From assembly GCA_016282415.1 (NCBI GenBank), contig JAEEKO010000012.1:1-40386 (forward strand): a DNA stretch of 40,386 nt, given 5' to 3'. The translations under genes and the position numbers were made by a program. Position 1 is the stretch's first letter. Every line of letters starts with the position of its first letter. This DNA comes from Bacillales bacterium (GTDB taxonomy: Bacteria > Bacillota_I > Bacilli_A > RF39 > UBA660). The notes beneath the pieces are model-generated. The model made no database searches. It saw only the letters and a list, made by a program, of their open reading frames with translations, and was not told where the DNA came from. Positions 19,401 through 27,912 of the stretch are shown piece after piece.

Positions 19401-19850
19401 TTATTTTTTTAAAACCATAATCTGCCCTGGTAGAAGATAAATCGTTGAATTATTATTTAGTAAATTATTAATACTACTATTAAATATTTCGCTAACAGAA
19501 TTTAAAGTATCCCCCTCTTTAGTAAGATAATAATTAAAATTCTTTTTAGGAATTAAAAGTGTATTTCCTGGATAAATATAATCGTCCATATTCATCCCAT
19601 TAATACTTGCTATTAATTCTGGATTAGAATTAACTTTAGAAGCTATACCATAAAGCGTATCGCCACTATTAATTAAGTATTTATCAAAATAAATTACTTG
19701 ATTGCTTGGTACAATAATTTCACTACCAGCACGTAACTTATCTTCAAAATAGATATTGTTTATATTTTTAAGCATTTCTTTAGTAGTATGGTATCGATTG
19801 GCGATTGATTTTAATGAATCACCATTTTTTATCTCATATTTAAAAAACAT
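19401..19850 (-). CDS. Triple-LysM protein without a signal peptide
   Basis: 149 aa with three LysM units: YEIKNGDSLKSIANRY...GSEIIVP, YLINSGDTLYGIASKV...GNTLLIP and YLTKEGDTLNSVSEIF...GQIMVL. The RBS AAGGAG fixes the start, and no hydrophobic leader follows it. Confidence 0.85.
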   Translation of the reverse strand: MFFKYEIKNGDSLKSIANRYHTTKEMLKNINNIYFEDKLRAGSEIIVPSNQVIYFDKYLINSGDTLYGIASKVNSNPELIASINGMNMDDYIYPGNTLLIPKKNFNYYLTKEGDTLNSVSEIFNSSINNLLNNNSTIYLLPGQIMVLKK

Positions 19851-19896
19851 ATTTTAAGTCTCCTTTACTTTAAAATATGTTTCTTAGTTTAAGATG

Positions 19897-21018
19897 TTAA
19901 TAAATAATAATTTTAATATTTTTATTAAATTGCCATTCATTATATTGTAATATTCTAGTTTCTAAATGATCAGGATCATAATAATATAAAGTATCGTTAA
20001 CAATATAGTAAACTCCTAAATCCGTTTGATACATTATCTTATCAACACTATTATTACTAACTAATATGTTAGTTTTGTCATAAGTCATATATAATTTATT
20101 ATCGATTATTTGATAATTAATTAGATAATAATTATTCCATGTTACTTCATTATTGACTAGCTTTTTAATCTTCGTATCACGTAATTCTTGATCAAGATAT
20201 ACCGGCTTTTTTAATAAACGAATTTTTAAATATTCTGGAACGATTTCATATTCGCGTTCATGCTTTTTGTCAATTAGATAAACACTTTTTTTATAATTGC
20301 CTAAAATTTCACTGTTAAATGAAATATCTTTAGTTGTTTTAAATTCATCATCTTTATTCTTTTTCATGTTATAAACAATAAATTTATTAAAATAATAATT
20401 TTGATCATAATTAGCTACTAAAATATAATCATCAATTTTAGTAATTAATTCCGCATCATAAGTATCGTTTTTAAATAAGCGAATATCAAAGACATTCTTA
20501 TTATGAATTTTTGTAAAACCATGATAATTCCATAAATAATAGGTTTTATTCATTAAGTTATAAGTAGTTATTTTTTGATGTTTATTAACTTCCTCATTAA
20601 CTCCTTTATAACCTAATTGTAATTGTAAATCAAAATTGATTAAATTATGATTTACAATTCCATCACTATTGTAACAGAATGGTTCTAAGTTAATACTATC
20701 ACTTTTAATTCTTGCACAATCAGTTACATCATCTTTAATAATATCAATCTTATTAATGATGTTCTTTTTATATTTTTTATAGTAACGCTTATAAGTGTAT
20801 GTTTTATGATCTTTTGTAACATTAATAACATATAAGCTTTTTTTATAATAGTATTTTTGTTCAATCTTATAACCGTTAATTGTATATTTATCAAAATGGT
20901 TAACTGGTTTAAATGTTTTAATTAGTAACAGAATAATTATTAATAAAAGAAAAAAGAAAAGAAAGATAGTTTTTTTCTTTGGCTTTGGAAAACGAAATCT
21001 TCTTTTATTTCTTTTCAT
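19897..21018 (-). CDS. Membrane-anchored hypothetical protein, N-in with a beta-rich ectodomain
   Basis: The basic N-terminus MKRNKRRFRFPKPKKK precedes the TM IFLFFFLLLIIILLLI. The ectodomain is rich in Y, N and K. I took the ATG at 21018; the ORF-track start at 21027 is TTG. It overlaps the end of the PH-domain gene. Confidence 0.7.
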   Translation of the reverse strand: MKRNKRRFRFPKPKKKTIFLFFFLLLIIILLLIKTFKPVNHFDKYTINGYKIEQKYYYKKSLYVINVTKDHKTYTYKRYYKKYKKNIINKIDIIKDDVTDCARIKSDSINLEPFCYNSDGIVNHNLINFDLQLQLGYKGVNEEVNKHQKITTYNLMNKTYYLWNYHGFTKIHNKNVFDIRLFKNDTYDAELITKIDDYILVANYDQNYYFNKFIVYNMKKNKDDEFKTTKDISFNSEILGNYKKSVYLIDKKHEREYEIVPEYLKIRLLKKPVYLDQELRDTKIKKLVNNEVTWNNYYLINYQIIDNKLYMTYDKTNILVSNNSVDKIMYQTDLGVYYIVNDTLYYYDPDHLETRILQYNEWQFNKNIKIIIY

Positions 21019-21448
21019 TTTTATCAAAATACTTCTTCTTTTCTTCCATCATAAATTCTGTTACTTTTGTTTCAATTTCGGTTAATGATTTTTTATCTAA
21101 GTTGGTTACATATACTTGTTCTTTAACAGTATCAATTTCAACACGGCCCCAAATAATACCAGAATAAACACTTAAATCATTAAATAAATCTGGTGTAATT
21201 ACGGTTAGAAAATAGCCGAAGAATAAACGTTTACGTCCAATTAGAATACGTTTATTAGTTATTGCAATAACTGCTGTTGAGAATAAATCATAAAAACTGT
21301 TATTCTTTTGTCCAACAAAAGCATATGTTACTTTTTCCCCTGGGTTTAGGTGTTGTTCAACAATTGCAGCATGCTTTTTCACACGCCACCAATAAACTCC
21401 CATTGGAAAACGTTGACAAAATGTTTTAGCTAATTCATATGTTTTCAT
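21005..21448 (-). CDS. Bacterial PH-domain protein (YokE-like bPH)
   Basis: The pattern EQHLNPGEKVTYAFVGQ...AVIAITNKRILIGRKRLFFGY...GIIWGRVEIDT...VYVTNLDKK matches YokE-like PH-domain proteins. The RBS AGGTGA lies 5 nt before the ATG at 21448. Confidence 0.6.
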   Translation of the reverse strand: MKTYELAKTFCQRFPMGVYWWRVKKHAAIVEQHLNPGEKVTYAFVGQKNNSFYDLFSTAVIAITNKRILIGRKRLFFGYFLTVITPDLFNDLSVYSGIIWGRVEIDTVKEQVYVTNLDKKSLTEIETKVTEFMMEEKKKYFDKNEKK

Positions 21449-21499
21449 AAACATCACCTAACTTTATTATATATTATAATTACTAAAAATACTATTATT

Positions 21500-22909
21500 T
21501 TATACAATTCGCGTACTTACTTCATTATTATTAGTATCGATTGCATGAATATAATAATTTTGACCACTAGCTTTCGTAAATGAACCGCTATACTGTTTAC
21601 CACTAATTGAGTCATAAGCTGATGGTGTGGCATTAGAATTGGTTAATTTAAATCCACTTAAAGTTCCATTATCAGTGATTGTATAGTTAACAACGCCATT
21701 TACTATTTCATAAGTAACCACTGGTGCATCTAAGTCAACATAAATTGCTTTTGATGCTAGATTATCTTGACTATCATATAAGTATACATAATAGTTACCA
21801 GTTTCATTTATAGTAGTAGTAACTGTTATATTTTTAACTTTATCTGAAATACTAATCCATTCTGCATCACTTGGTAAAGTAGATAAATTAGTAATAAAAT
21901 ATTCTTTTAAACCAACATTATCACTGAAATTTAAAGTTACTTCAGAACCATTAGTAGAATATGTTATTTTAGGTTTGGTAAACTCAATAGTTACTTTATA
22001 ATATTTCTTATTATTATAATAATCGATTACATGTAAGTAATATGATCCTGCAGTAGTAATTGGATCAAGAGTAACTTCTTTAGTTTCGCCGCCAACTGCA
22101 ATATCAGCAGTTGATAAGGTTTTATTATAAAGCATGGTATATGTTAAAGGATCATTACTACTATTAGTTAAGGTATATCCTTTAATCTTTAAATCATCAT
22201 ATAAAACCGCTTTTATTACGCCGCGTGAAATTGTATCAATAGTAATCACTGGTTTAGTAGTATCAACATCATTCTCCGTAATAGTAAATGAAGGATGGGC
22301 CGGATTAGAAGAACTAACCGTAGCAAAATTATTATACTTATCAGTAGCATGAATATAATAAGTTCCACTCATTCTAGGTTCAAAATAGATTTTTTTTGAT
22401 TTAACGTTACCAAAAGCAGTTGCACTACTCATATTTTTAGGTGACGTATTTATTTCATATTTACCTAAATAATTAGTATCAGCCACTTGAATTTCAACTA
22501 AACCATAGGATTTATTAATTGTTACATTAGGTCCAATAAAATCATATGAAGCATTATCTTCACTATAGTAACAAGTTCTTTTACCATTTTCATTTTGAAC
22601 AAAAACGGTTGCATCAATATTTACTTCTGTATCAGTCTGAGGATTATATAAATTATCATCAAGTAATCCTTCAGAGATTAAACTACCAATAGTTACAATA
22701 CAGTTAGTGCTACCACATTCCGTTTTCATTTTATCCAATCCAGCATATACACAAGCAGCCTTTTCAATGCTTCTTTTAAAATCTTTATATTCCGTATCAC
22801 TTTGACGATTGGTAAGGGCAACTATATTGTTAGCAATAATTAAACCGATAACAACAATTAAACTTAATGTAATAAGTAATTCGGTAAGTGTGAAACCATT
22901 CTTTTTCAT
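21500..22909 (-). CDS. Type IV pilin-like (prepilin signal) protein with four Ig-like repeats
   Basis: The N-terminus is MKKNG|FTLTELLITLSLIVVIGLIIA: Gly at -1, Phe at +1, Glu at +5 and a hydrophobic helix. Four domains of about 85 aa each end in G.YY(I/L/V)(H/Y).(I/T/Y)D..(N/D)N: YYIHATDKYNN, YYLHVIDYYNN, YYVYLYDSQDN and YYIHAIDTNNN. Confidence 0.85.
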   Translation of the reverse strand: MKKNGFTLTELLITLSLIVVIGLIIANNIVALTNRQSDTEYKDFKRSIEKAACVYAGLDKMKTECGSTNCIVTIGSLISEGLLDDNLYNPQTDTEVNIDATVFVQNENGKRTCYYSEDNASYDFIGPNVTINKSYGLVEIQVADTNYLGKYEINTSPKNMSSATAFGNVKSKKIYFEPRMSGTYYIHATDKYNNFATVSSSNPAHPSFTITENDVDTTKPVITIDTISRGVIKAVLYDDLKIKGYTLTNSSNDPLTYTMLYNKTLSTADIAVGGETKEVTLDPITTAGSYYLHVIDYYNNKKYYKVTIEFTKPKITYSTNGSEVTLNFSDNVGLKEYFITNLSTLPSDAEWISISDKVKNITVTTTINETGNYYVYLYDSQDNLASKAIYVDLDAPVVTYEIVNGVVNYTITDNGTLSGFKLTNSNATPSAYDSISGKQYSGSFTKASGQNYYIHAIDTNNNEVSTRIV

Positions 22910-22978
22910 TATTACACCCTCTTTATTATCTATAATATTAGTATAAAATAATTAACCTTTTTTTTCAATAAAAAAGAC

Positions 22979-24202
22979 TTAGTATCGTCTATAGAACCAA
23001 GTCCCTTTTTTAGGGAAATAACCTCCCGGATCAATCATTTTTGCTTTAAATGTTGAGAAAGATGAATAACCATCTTTTCCACCACCTAAATAGTGTCCTT
23101 TAGAAACGGCATAATGTAAATGAACTCCGGTTGAGCATGTATCCCAACCACCATTTTTCTTTAATGTAGATCCACCACCACCAACATAACCAATTACGGA
23201 TTGGTTAGTAACAGTGTCCCCTACTTTTACATTAACACTTAATAAATGCGCATATTGAGTGGTATAAGCAACACCGTTAACATTATGGTGTAAGTAAATT
23301 ATATTACCACCACAACTACTCTTATAAGTTACCGCTGCAACCATTCCATTAGCAGCAGCATATACTGGAACACCCATAGCAGTTGTTCCTAAATCAATAC
23401 CGTAGTGGAAACTAGTAGTTTTACCAGTTAATGGATTGATTCTACTACCATATGGAGAAGTTACAACACCCTTTTGAAGTGGTCTAATTAAACTGGTTGA
23501 TGCTAATACCTTAACACAATCTGTTAATAACTGCGTTTCACTAGTACATATTTTTTGATAATACTTAATTAACTCTTCTTGGTTTTTGATTTGTTCATTA
23601 ATATCATCACCAACATCTTCTAGTTCATCCATATAAAGATCTAATTGTACAATCGCCTTATTATAATTACCAATAGCAACATCTAAGTCAGCTTGCTTTT
23701 GTCTTAATTCAACCTTTAAACGTTCATTTTCTTCAATTAAATCGCTTAAAGTTTGTAATTGATCTTGATTATAATTAGTGATTAATGATATTGCCTTACT
23801 ACGCATGGACATATCTGCAATACTTGTTGATTGCATTAAATATTCCAAATAAACATTTTCATTACTAGTTAACTCACTAAATTTTAATATTTCGGCAGTT
23901 TCACCTTTAGTTTTTTCAATATTACTTTCACATTCCGCTATTTTATTATTAGCAGCAACAATGTCATCTTCGGCTTTTTTCTTTTGATCATAAGCATCAT
24001 ACATTGCTTGCTTCTTTTGATTAATCGAACTACGCGTATTATTCTTATTTTGATTATTAATATTACGTTGTCGTTTTAATTCTTCTAATTCAGCTTTCAA
24101 ACCTTTAATGGTCGTTGCTTTAGATTCTGCTTTAACATTATAAGGAAGAACTAATAGTGAAAACATACTAATGATTAATAATCCACTAATTATCTTTCTC
24201 AT
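22979..24202 (-). CDS. Coiled-coil M23 (LytM) peptidoglycan metalloendopeptidase, likely FtsEX partner
   Basis: A signal peptide (cleavage after VKA) is followed by about 200 aa of coiled coil and a C-terminal M23 domain. The metal ligands are intact: FHYGIDLG (HxxxD) and GVHLHYAV (HxH). The start overlaps the ftsX stop (ATGA). Confidence 0.88.
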   Translation of the reverse strand: MRKIISGLLIISMFSLLVLPYNVKAESKATTIKGLKAELEELKRQRNINNQNKNNTRSSINQKKQAMYDAYDQKKKAEDDIVAANNKIAECESNIEKTKGETAEILKFSELTSNENVYLEYLMQSTSIADMSMRSKAISLITNYNQDQLQTLSDLIEENERLKVELRQKQADLDVAIGNYNKAIVQLDLYMDELEDVGDDINEQIKNQEELIKYYQKICTSETQLLTDCVKVLASTSLIRPLQKGVVTSPYGSRINPLTGKTTSFHYGIDLGTTAMGVPVYAAANGMVAAVTYKSSCGGNIIYLHHNVNGVAYTTQYAHLLSVNVKVGDTVTNQSVIGYVGGGGSTLKKNGGWDTCSTGVHLHYAVSKGHYLGGGKDGYSSFSTFKAKMIDPGGYFPKKGTWFYRRY

Positions 24203-25092
24203 ATTTTCAAATACTTTCTAACCGCTCTAATTGATGAAATCATACCAATTATTGCTCCTAATACTAAGATAAATAATGAAGAATATAAAATAAATGGATA
24301 TGGTTTTACCATTTTTATTACATTACTATAAATGTAACCATTAGTACGATCATATAAGATTAAATAACCATAAATCATAATCATTATTGGAATAATTGAA
24401 CCAAGTACTCCTAGTATTAAACCTTCAAATAAGAATGGTAATTTAATAACAATGTTACTAGTTCCTACTAAACGCATAATCTCAATTTCAGTTCGCCTTG
24501 AGAATATTGTTAGTTTAATCGTATTACCAATTAAAAATGCCGTTACTAATAATAATGCTACAATTAATATAATTGAAATCTTTTCTACTAAATTAAATAT
24601 TACACTAATTTTTTCAACTAAGCCTTCGTTATAATCCACTGATTCAACATAATCACTTTGAGCTACTTCATCAGCAACTTTTTTCATATTCTTTAATTCA
24701 TCTACTTTAATTGTATATGAATCAAGTAATGGATTATAACTTAAACTATTTAGAGCATTATTTAAAATATCACTATCATCTTGGCATTCTTTCTTCCAGT
24801 CTTCTTTTGATTTATATTTATATTCAATAATATGCTTATTAGCTTTTAATGAATTATCAAGTTCTTTAATTTGTTCTTCGTTTGCATCATGATATAGATA
24901 AGTTACAATTGTTAACTCGTTTTCATATTGCTTTGTCAAATAATTAATATTAACTGTTATAACAAGTGCAATTGTTACAAGTAAAAGGGTAATTGCAGAA
25001 CAAGTTATTGATGCAAAGCTTAAACTAAAATTACGAAAAACACTTCTAAAAGCATCACGAATATTTCTAATTATTACTCTTACTGCTCTCAT
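24199..25092 (-). CDS. ftsX: Cell-division ABC transporter permease FtsX
   Basis: It has four TM segments, a large first extracellular loop, and the typical N-terminus MRAVRVIIRNIRDAFRSVFRN. I set the start at the ATG at 25092 because GAGAAAGG lies 8 nt upstream. The stop is TGA. Confidence 0.9.
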   Translation of the reverse strand: MRAVRVIIRNIRDAFRSVFRNFSLSFASITCSAITLLLVTIALVITVNINYLTKQYENELTIVTYLYHDANEEQIKELDNSLKANKHIIEYKYKSKEDWKKECQDDSDILNNALNSLSYNPLLDSYTIKVDELKNMKKVADEVAQSDYVESVDYNEGLVEKISVIFNLVEKISIILIVALLLVTAFLIGNTIKLTIFSRRTEIEIMRLVGTSNIVIKLPFLFEGLILGVLGSIIPIMIMIYGYLILYDRTNGYIYSNVIKMVKPYPFILYSSLFILVLGAIIGMISSIRAVRKYLKI

Positions 25093-25774
25093 AATACTTG
25101 CCTTTCTCTTGATCATAAACAACTACACCATTTTCAATTGCAATAACACGCTTTTTCATCTTGTTTACGATTTGACTATCATGAGTAGCCATAATGATAG
25201 TTGTTTTTAATTCTTTATTAATATCTTCCAATAATTTAACAATTTCAAGTGATAAGTTAGGGTCTAAGTCCCCCGTTGGTTCATCACATATTAACACTTT
25301 TGGATCATTAACAATCGCACGTGCAATACAAACACGTTGTTGTTCCCCACCAGACAATTGATTAGGGAATGCTCTAACTTTATCTTTTAATCCAACTAAC
25401 TCTAAAGCTCTAATAACTTTGGTACGAACTTCATCATCTTTAATACCAATTGATTCTAAACCAAACGCAACATTTTCATAAACAGTTAGTTTTGGCAATA
25501 ATTTAAAATCTTGGAATACAACACCAATTTTTCTTCTTAATTTATAAACGCTACCATTTCTTAATTTAGCAACATTAATACCACCAACCAAAACTTCACC
25601 CTTAGTTGGTTTTTCTTCACGATATAATAATTTAATTAATGTTGATTTACCAGATCCAGAATTACCAATTACAAAAACGAATTCACCTTTTCCAATTGAT
25701 AAATTAGTATCTACTAATGCTGTAACACCATTATTATATACTTTATATACGTTTTTTATTTCAATAAATTTCAT
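25067..25774 (-). CDS. ftsE: Cell-division ABC ATPase FtsE
   Basis: Motifs are GNSGSGKSTLIKLL, LSGGEQQRVCIARA and VLICDEPTGDLD. It lies directly upstream of ftsX. Confidence 0.93.
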   Translation of the reverse strand: MKFIEIKNVYKVYNNGVTALVDTNLSIGKGEFVFVIGNSGSGKSTLIKLLYREEKPTKGEVLVGGINVAKLRNGSVYKLRRKIGVVFQDFKLLPKLTVYENVAFGLESIGIKDDEVRTKVIRALELVGLKDKVRAFPNQLSGGEQQRVCIARAIVNDPKVLICDEPTGDLDPNLSLEIVKLLEDINKELKTTIIMATHDSQIVNKMKKRVIAIENGVVVYDQEKGKYYESSKSNN

Positions 25775-25810
25775 GCTTTCACCTACTAATATTATAAAAT
25801 AATCATGTTT

Positions 25811-26707
25811 CTAAATAAATGGTAATCTTTCCCTCTTGACGCCGCCACTTACTTCATAACAATCACTAATTACAAAGAATACTGATGGGTCAACCTGAAG
25901 CAAAACCTCTTTAAAGAAAATGTAATCTTTATTTGGAACAACGCACATAATTATTTCTTTTTTATCTTTTAAATAACCACCTTTAGCATCTAAAAGAGTT
26001 ACGCCACAATTTAATTCCGTAATAATAAAGTCTTTAACTTTATCAATGTTGTTAGTATGAACAAAGAATAATTTACTATCACTAATACCAATCATAATAC
26101 GATCAATTAATAAACTACCAATATAAATGATAATGATACCATAAATCATCTTAGTTAATCCTAACTTAATAGCAGCAATACCAATTATTAAAGAGTTGGT
26201 TAATAAGTTTGCGCGACCAGTAGGCACTTTTAAATATTTTGCTAAAATGGCATTAACAATATCACTACCACCTGATGAGAAACCATATTTATATAAAAGG
26301 CCATAGCCTAGTCCATCTAAAATACCAGATATTAATAGTGTAATAATAATGTTATCAAAGTGAACATATTCTAATATATATGGTACTAAAGGTGAAGTAA
26401 AGCGAATTATTAGTGGAACTAATAATGCCCCAATTACTGCATCTTTAAAATACTTTTTACCTAATAGGAAGAAAGCTAAAGTTAATAATACAATGTTGCC
26501 ACAAAAGATTAATGTAGATGGCTCAATTTGATTTTTTAATACAATGGCAATACCACTTAAACCACCAGCAACAATATCATTATGTAGTAAAAATACATTA
26601 TAATTTATAGCAATAATAAAAGCACTAACTAGCAACATAAAGTATCTAGCTATGAAATCTTTGCTACGTAATTTACGGACAAATGATTTATAAGTGTTCT
26701 TGGCCAT
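25811..26707 (-). CDS. YitT-family membrane protein (two DUF161 repeats plus a C-terminal DUF2179)
   Basis: 298 aa, polytopic, with GGLSGIAIVL and a soluble C-terminal domain (ITELNCGVTLLDAKGGY...). Confidence 0.8.
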   Translation of the reverse strand: MAKNTYKSFVRKLRSKDFIARYFMLLVSAFIIAINYNVFLLHNDIVAGGLSGIAIVLKNQIEPSTLIFCGNIVLLTLAFFLLGKKYFKDAVIGALLVPLIIRFTSPLVPYILEYVHFDNIIITLLISGILDGLGYGLLYKYGFSSGGSDIVNAILAKYLKVPTGRANLLTNSLIIGIAAIKLGLTKMIYGIIIIYIGSLLIDRIMIGISDSKLFFVHTNNIDKVKDFIITELNCGVTLLDAKGGYLKDKKEIIMCVVPNKDYIFFKEVLLQVDPSVFFVISDCYEVSGGVKRERLPFI

Positions 26708-26739
26708 ATCGCTACTCTCCTATTATTAATTATAGAAAC

Positions 26740-26748
26740 ATTATAACA
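26740..26748 (-). promoter_or_regulatory. Extended -10 element TGTTATAAT upstream of the yitT-like gene
   Basis: The minus strand reads TTTTTTATGTTATAATGTTTCTATAATTAATAATAGGAGAGTAGCGATATG. Confidence 0.5.
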
Positions 26749-26778
26749 TAAAAAAACTAACTATTAAATAGTTAGTTT
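26749..26778 (-). terminator. Rho-independent terminator after ychF
   Basis: The minus strand reads AAACTAACTAT-TTA-ATAGTTAGTTT followed by TTTTAT. Confidence 0.8.
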
Positions 26779-26796
26779 AAAAAAATTCAATACGAC

Positions 26797-27897
26797 TTAA
26801 ACATTAAATCTAAAGTAAACAATGTCACCATCTTGCATTAAGTATTCCTTACCTTCAAGTCTTACCTTACCAGCAGCCTTAACACTTACTTCAGATTTAT
26901 AGATTTTTAAATCATCATAACTCATAATTTCAGCACGAATAAAACCACGTTCAAAATCGGTATGAATAATCCCAGCACATTGTTTAGCAGTCATACCATC
27001 ACGGAATGTCCATGCTCTTACTTCATCAGTTCCACAAGTAAAGAAAGTTTTAAGGCCAAGTAAATCATAAGTTGCAAAAATCAATTTATCAAGGCCACTA
27101 TTGCGGATTCCAACATCACTTAAGAAGATATCTCTTTCCTCATCAGTTAACCCTGCTAATTCAGCTTCTAATTTGGCACACATAACAATCACTTGTGAAT
27201 TTTCAGCACTAGCATATTCACGAACTTTTAAAGTGTATTCATTATCACCAACAGCAGCATCTTCTTCATTAACATTAGCACAATAAATTATTTTTTTAGC
27301 GGTTAAGAAGTTGAAACTTTGTAATAACTTTTGTTCATCTTCATCAAATTCTAAGCGACGAATTGGAATATTTTTTTCTAATGCTTCCTTACATCTTCTT
27401 AAAACACCTACTTCAAATAAGGCTTCTTTATCTTTTGATGTTTCTGCTTTCTTAGCTATCTTATCAATACGATTACTAACTATTTCTAAATCAGCCAAAA
27501 CAAGTTCAATGTTAATAACTTCAATGTCACGTACTGGATCAACCGTTCCTTCAACATGAATAACATCCGGATTATTAAAGCATCTAACTACTTCAACAAT
27601 GCAGTCGACTTCACGAATATGAGATAGAAACTTATTACCTAAACCTTCACCGCGAGACGCTCCCTTAACTAATCCCGCAATATCCGTAAATTCAAATGTT
27701 GTTGGAACACGACTCTTTGGTGTGTATAAATCATATAAGAATTCTAAACGTTGATCTGGAACAATAACTACGCCAACGTTAGGTTCGATTGTTGCAAACG
27801 GATAGTTCGCAGCTAAAATATTTAATTTAGTTATAGCATTAAAAAGAGTTGATTTACCAACATTAGGTAAACCAACAATTCCTGCTTTTAAACTCAT
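26797..27897 (-). CDS. ychF: Ribosome-binding ATPase YchF
   Basis: 366 aa. It has GIVGLPNVGKSTLFNA, DIAGLVKGAS and a C-terminal TGS-like domain. The RBS is GGGGGA. Confidence 0.96.
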   Translation of the reverse strand: MSLKAGIVGLPNVGKSTLFNAITKLNILAANYPFATIEPNVGVVIVPDQRLEFLYDLYTPKSRVPTTFEFTDIAGLVKGASRGEGLGNKFLSHIREVDCIVEVVRCFNNPDVIHVEGTVDPVRDIEVINIELVLADLEIVSNRIDKIAKKAETSKDKEALFEVGVLRRCKEALEKNIPIRRLEFDEDEQKLLQSFNFLTAKKIIYCANVNEEDAAVGDNEYTLKVREYASAENSQVIVMCAKLEAELAGLTDEERDIFLSDVGIRNSGLDKLIFATYDLLGLKTFFTCGTDEVRAWTFRDGMTAKQCAGIIHTDFERGFIRAEIMSYDDLKIYKSEVSVKAAGKVRLEGKEYLMQDGDIVYFRFNV

Positions 27898-27912
27898 TTA
27901 TATCCCCCACTT

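Noticed and set aside
22910-22978. Terminator between the M23 peptidase gene and the pilin-like gene
   Set aside because: The only pairing is an A/T-only 7-bp stem, CTTTTTT/AAAAAAG, with no following U-run. That is too weak to call.
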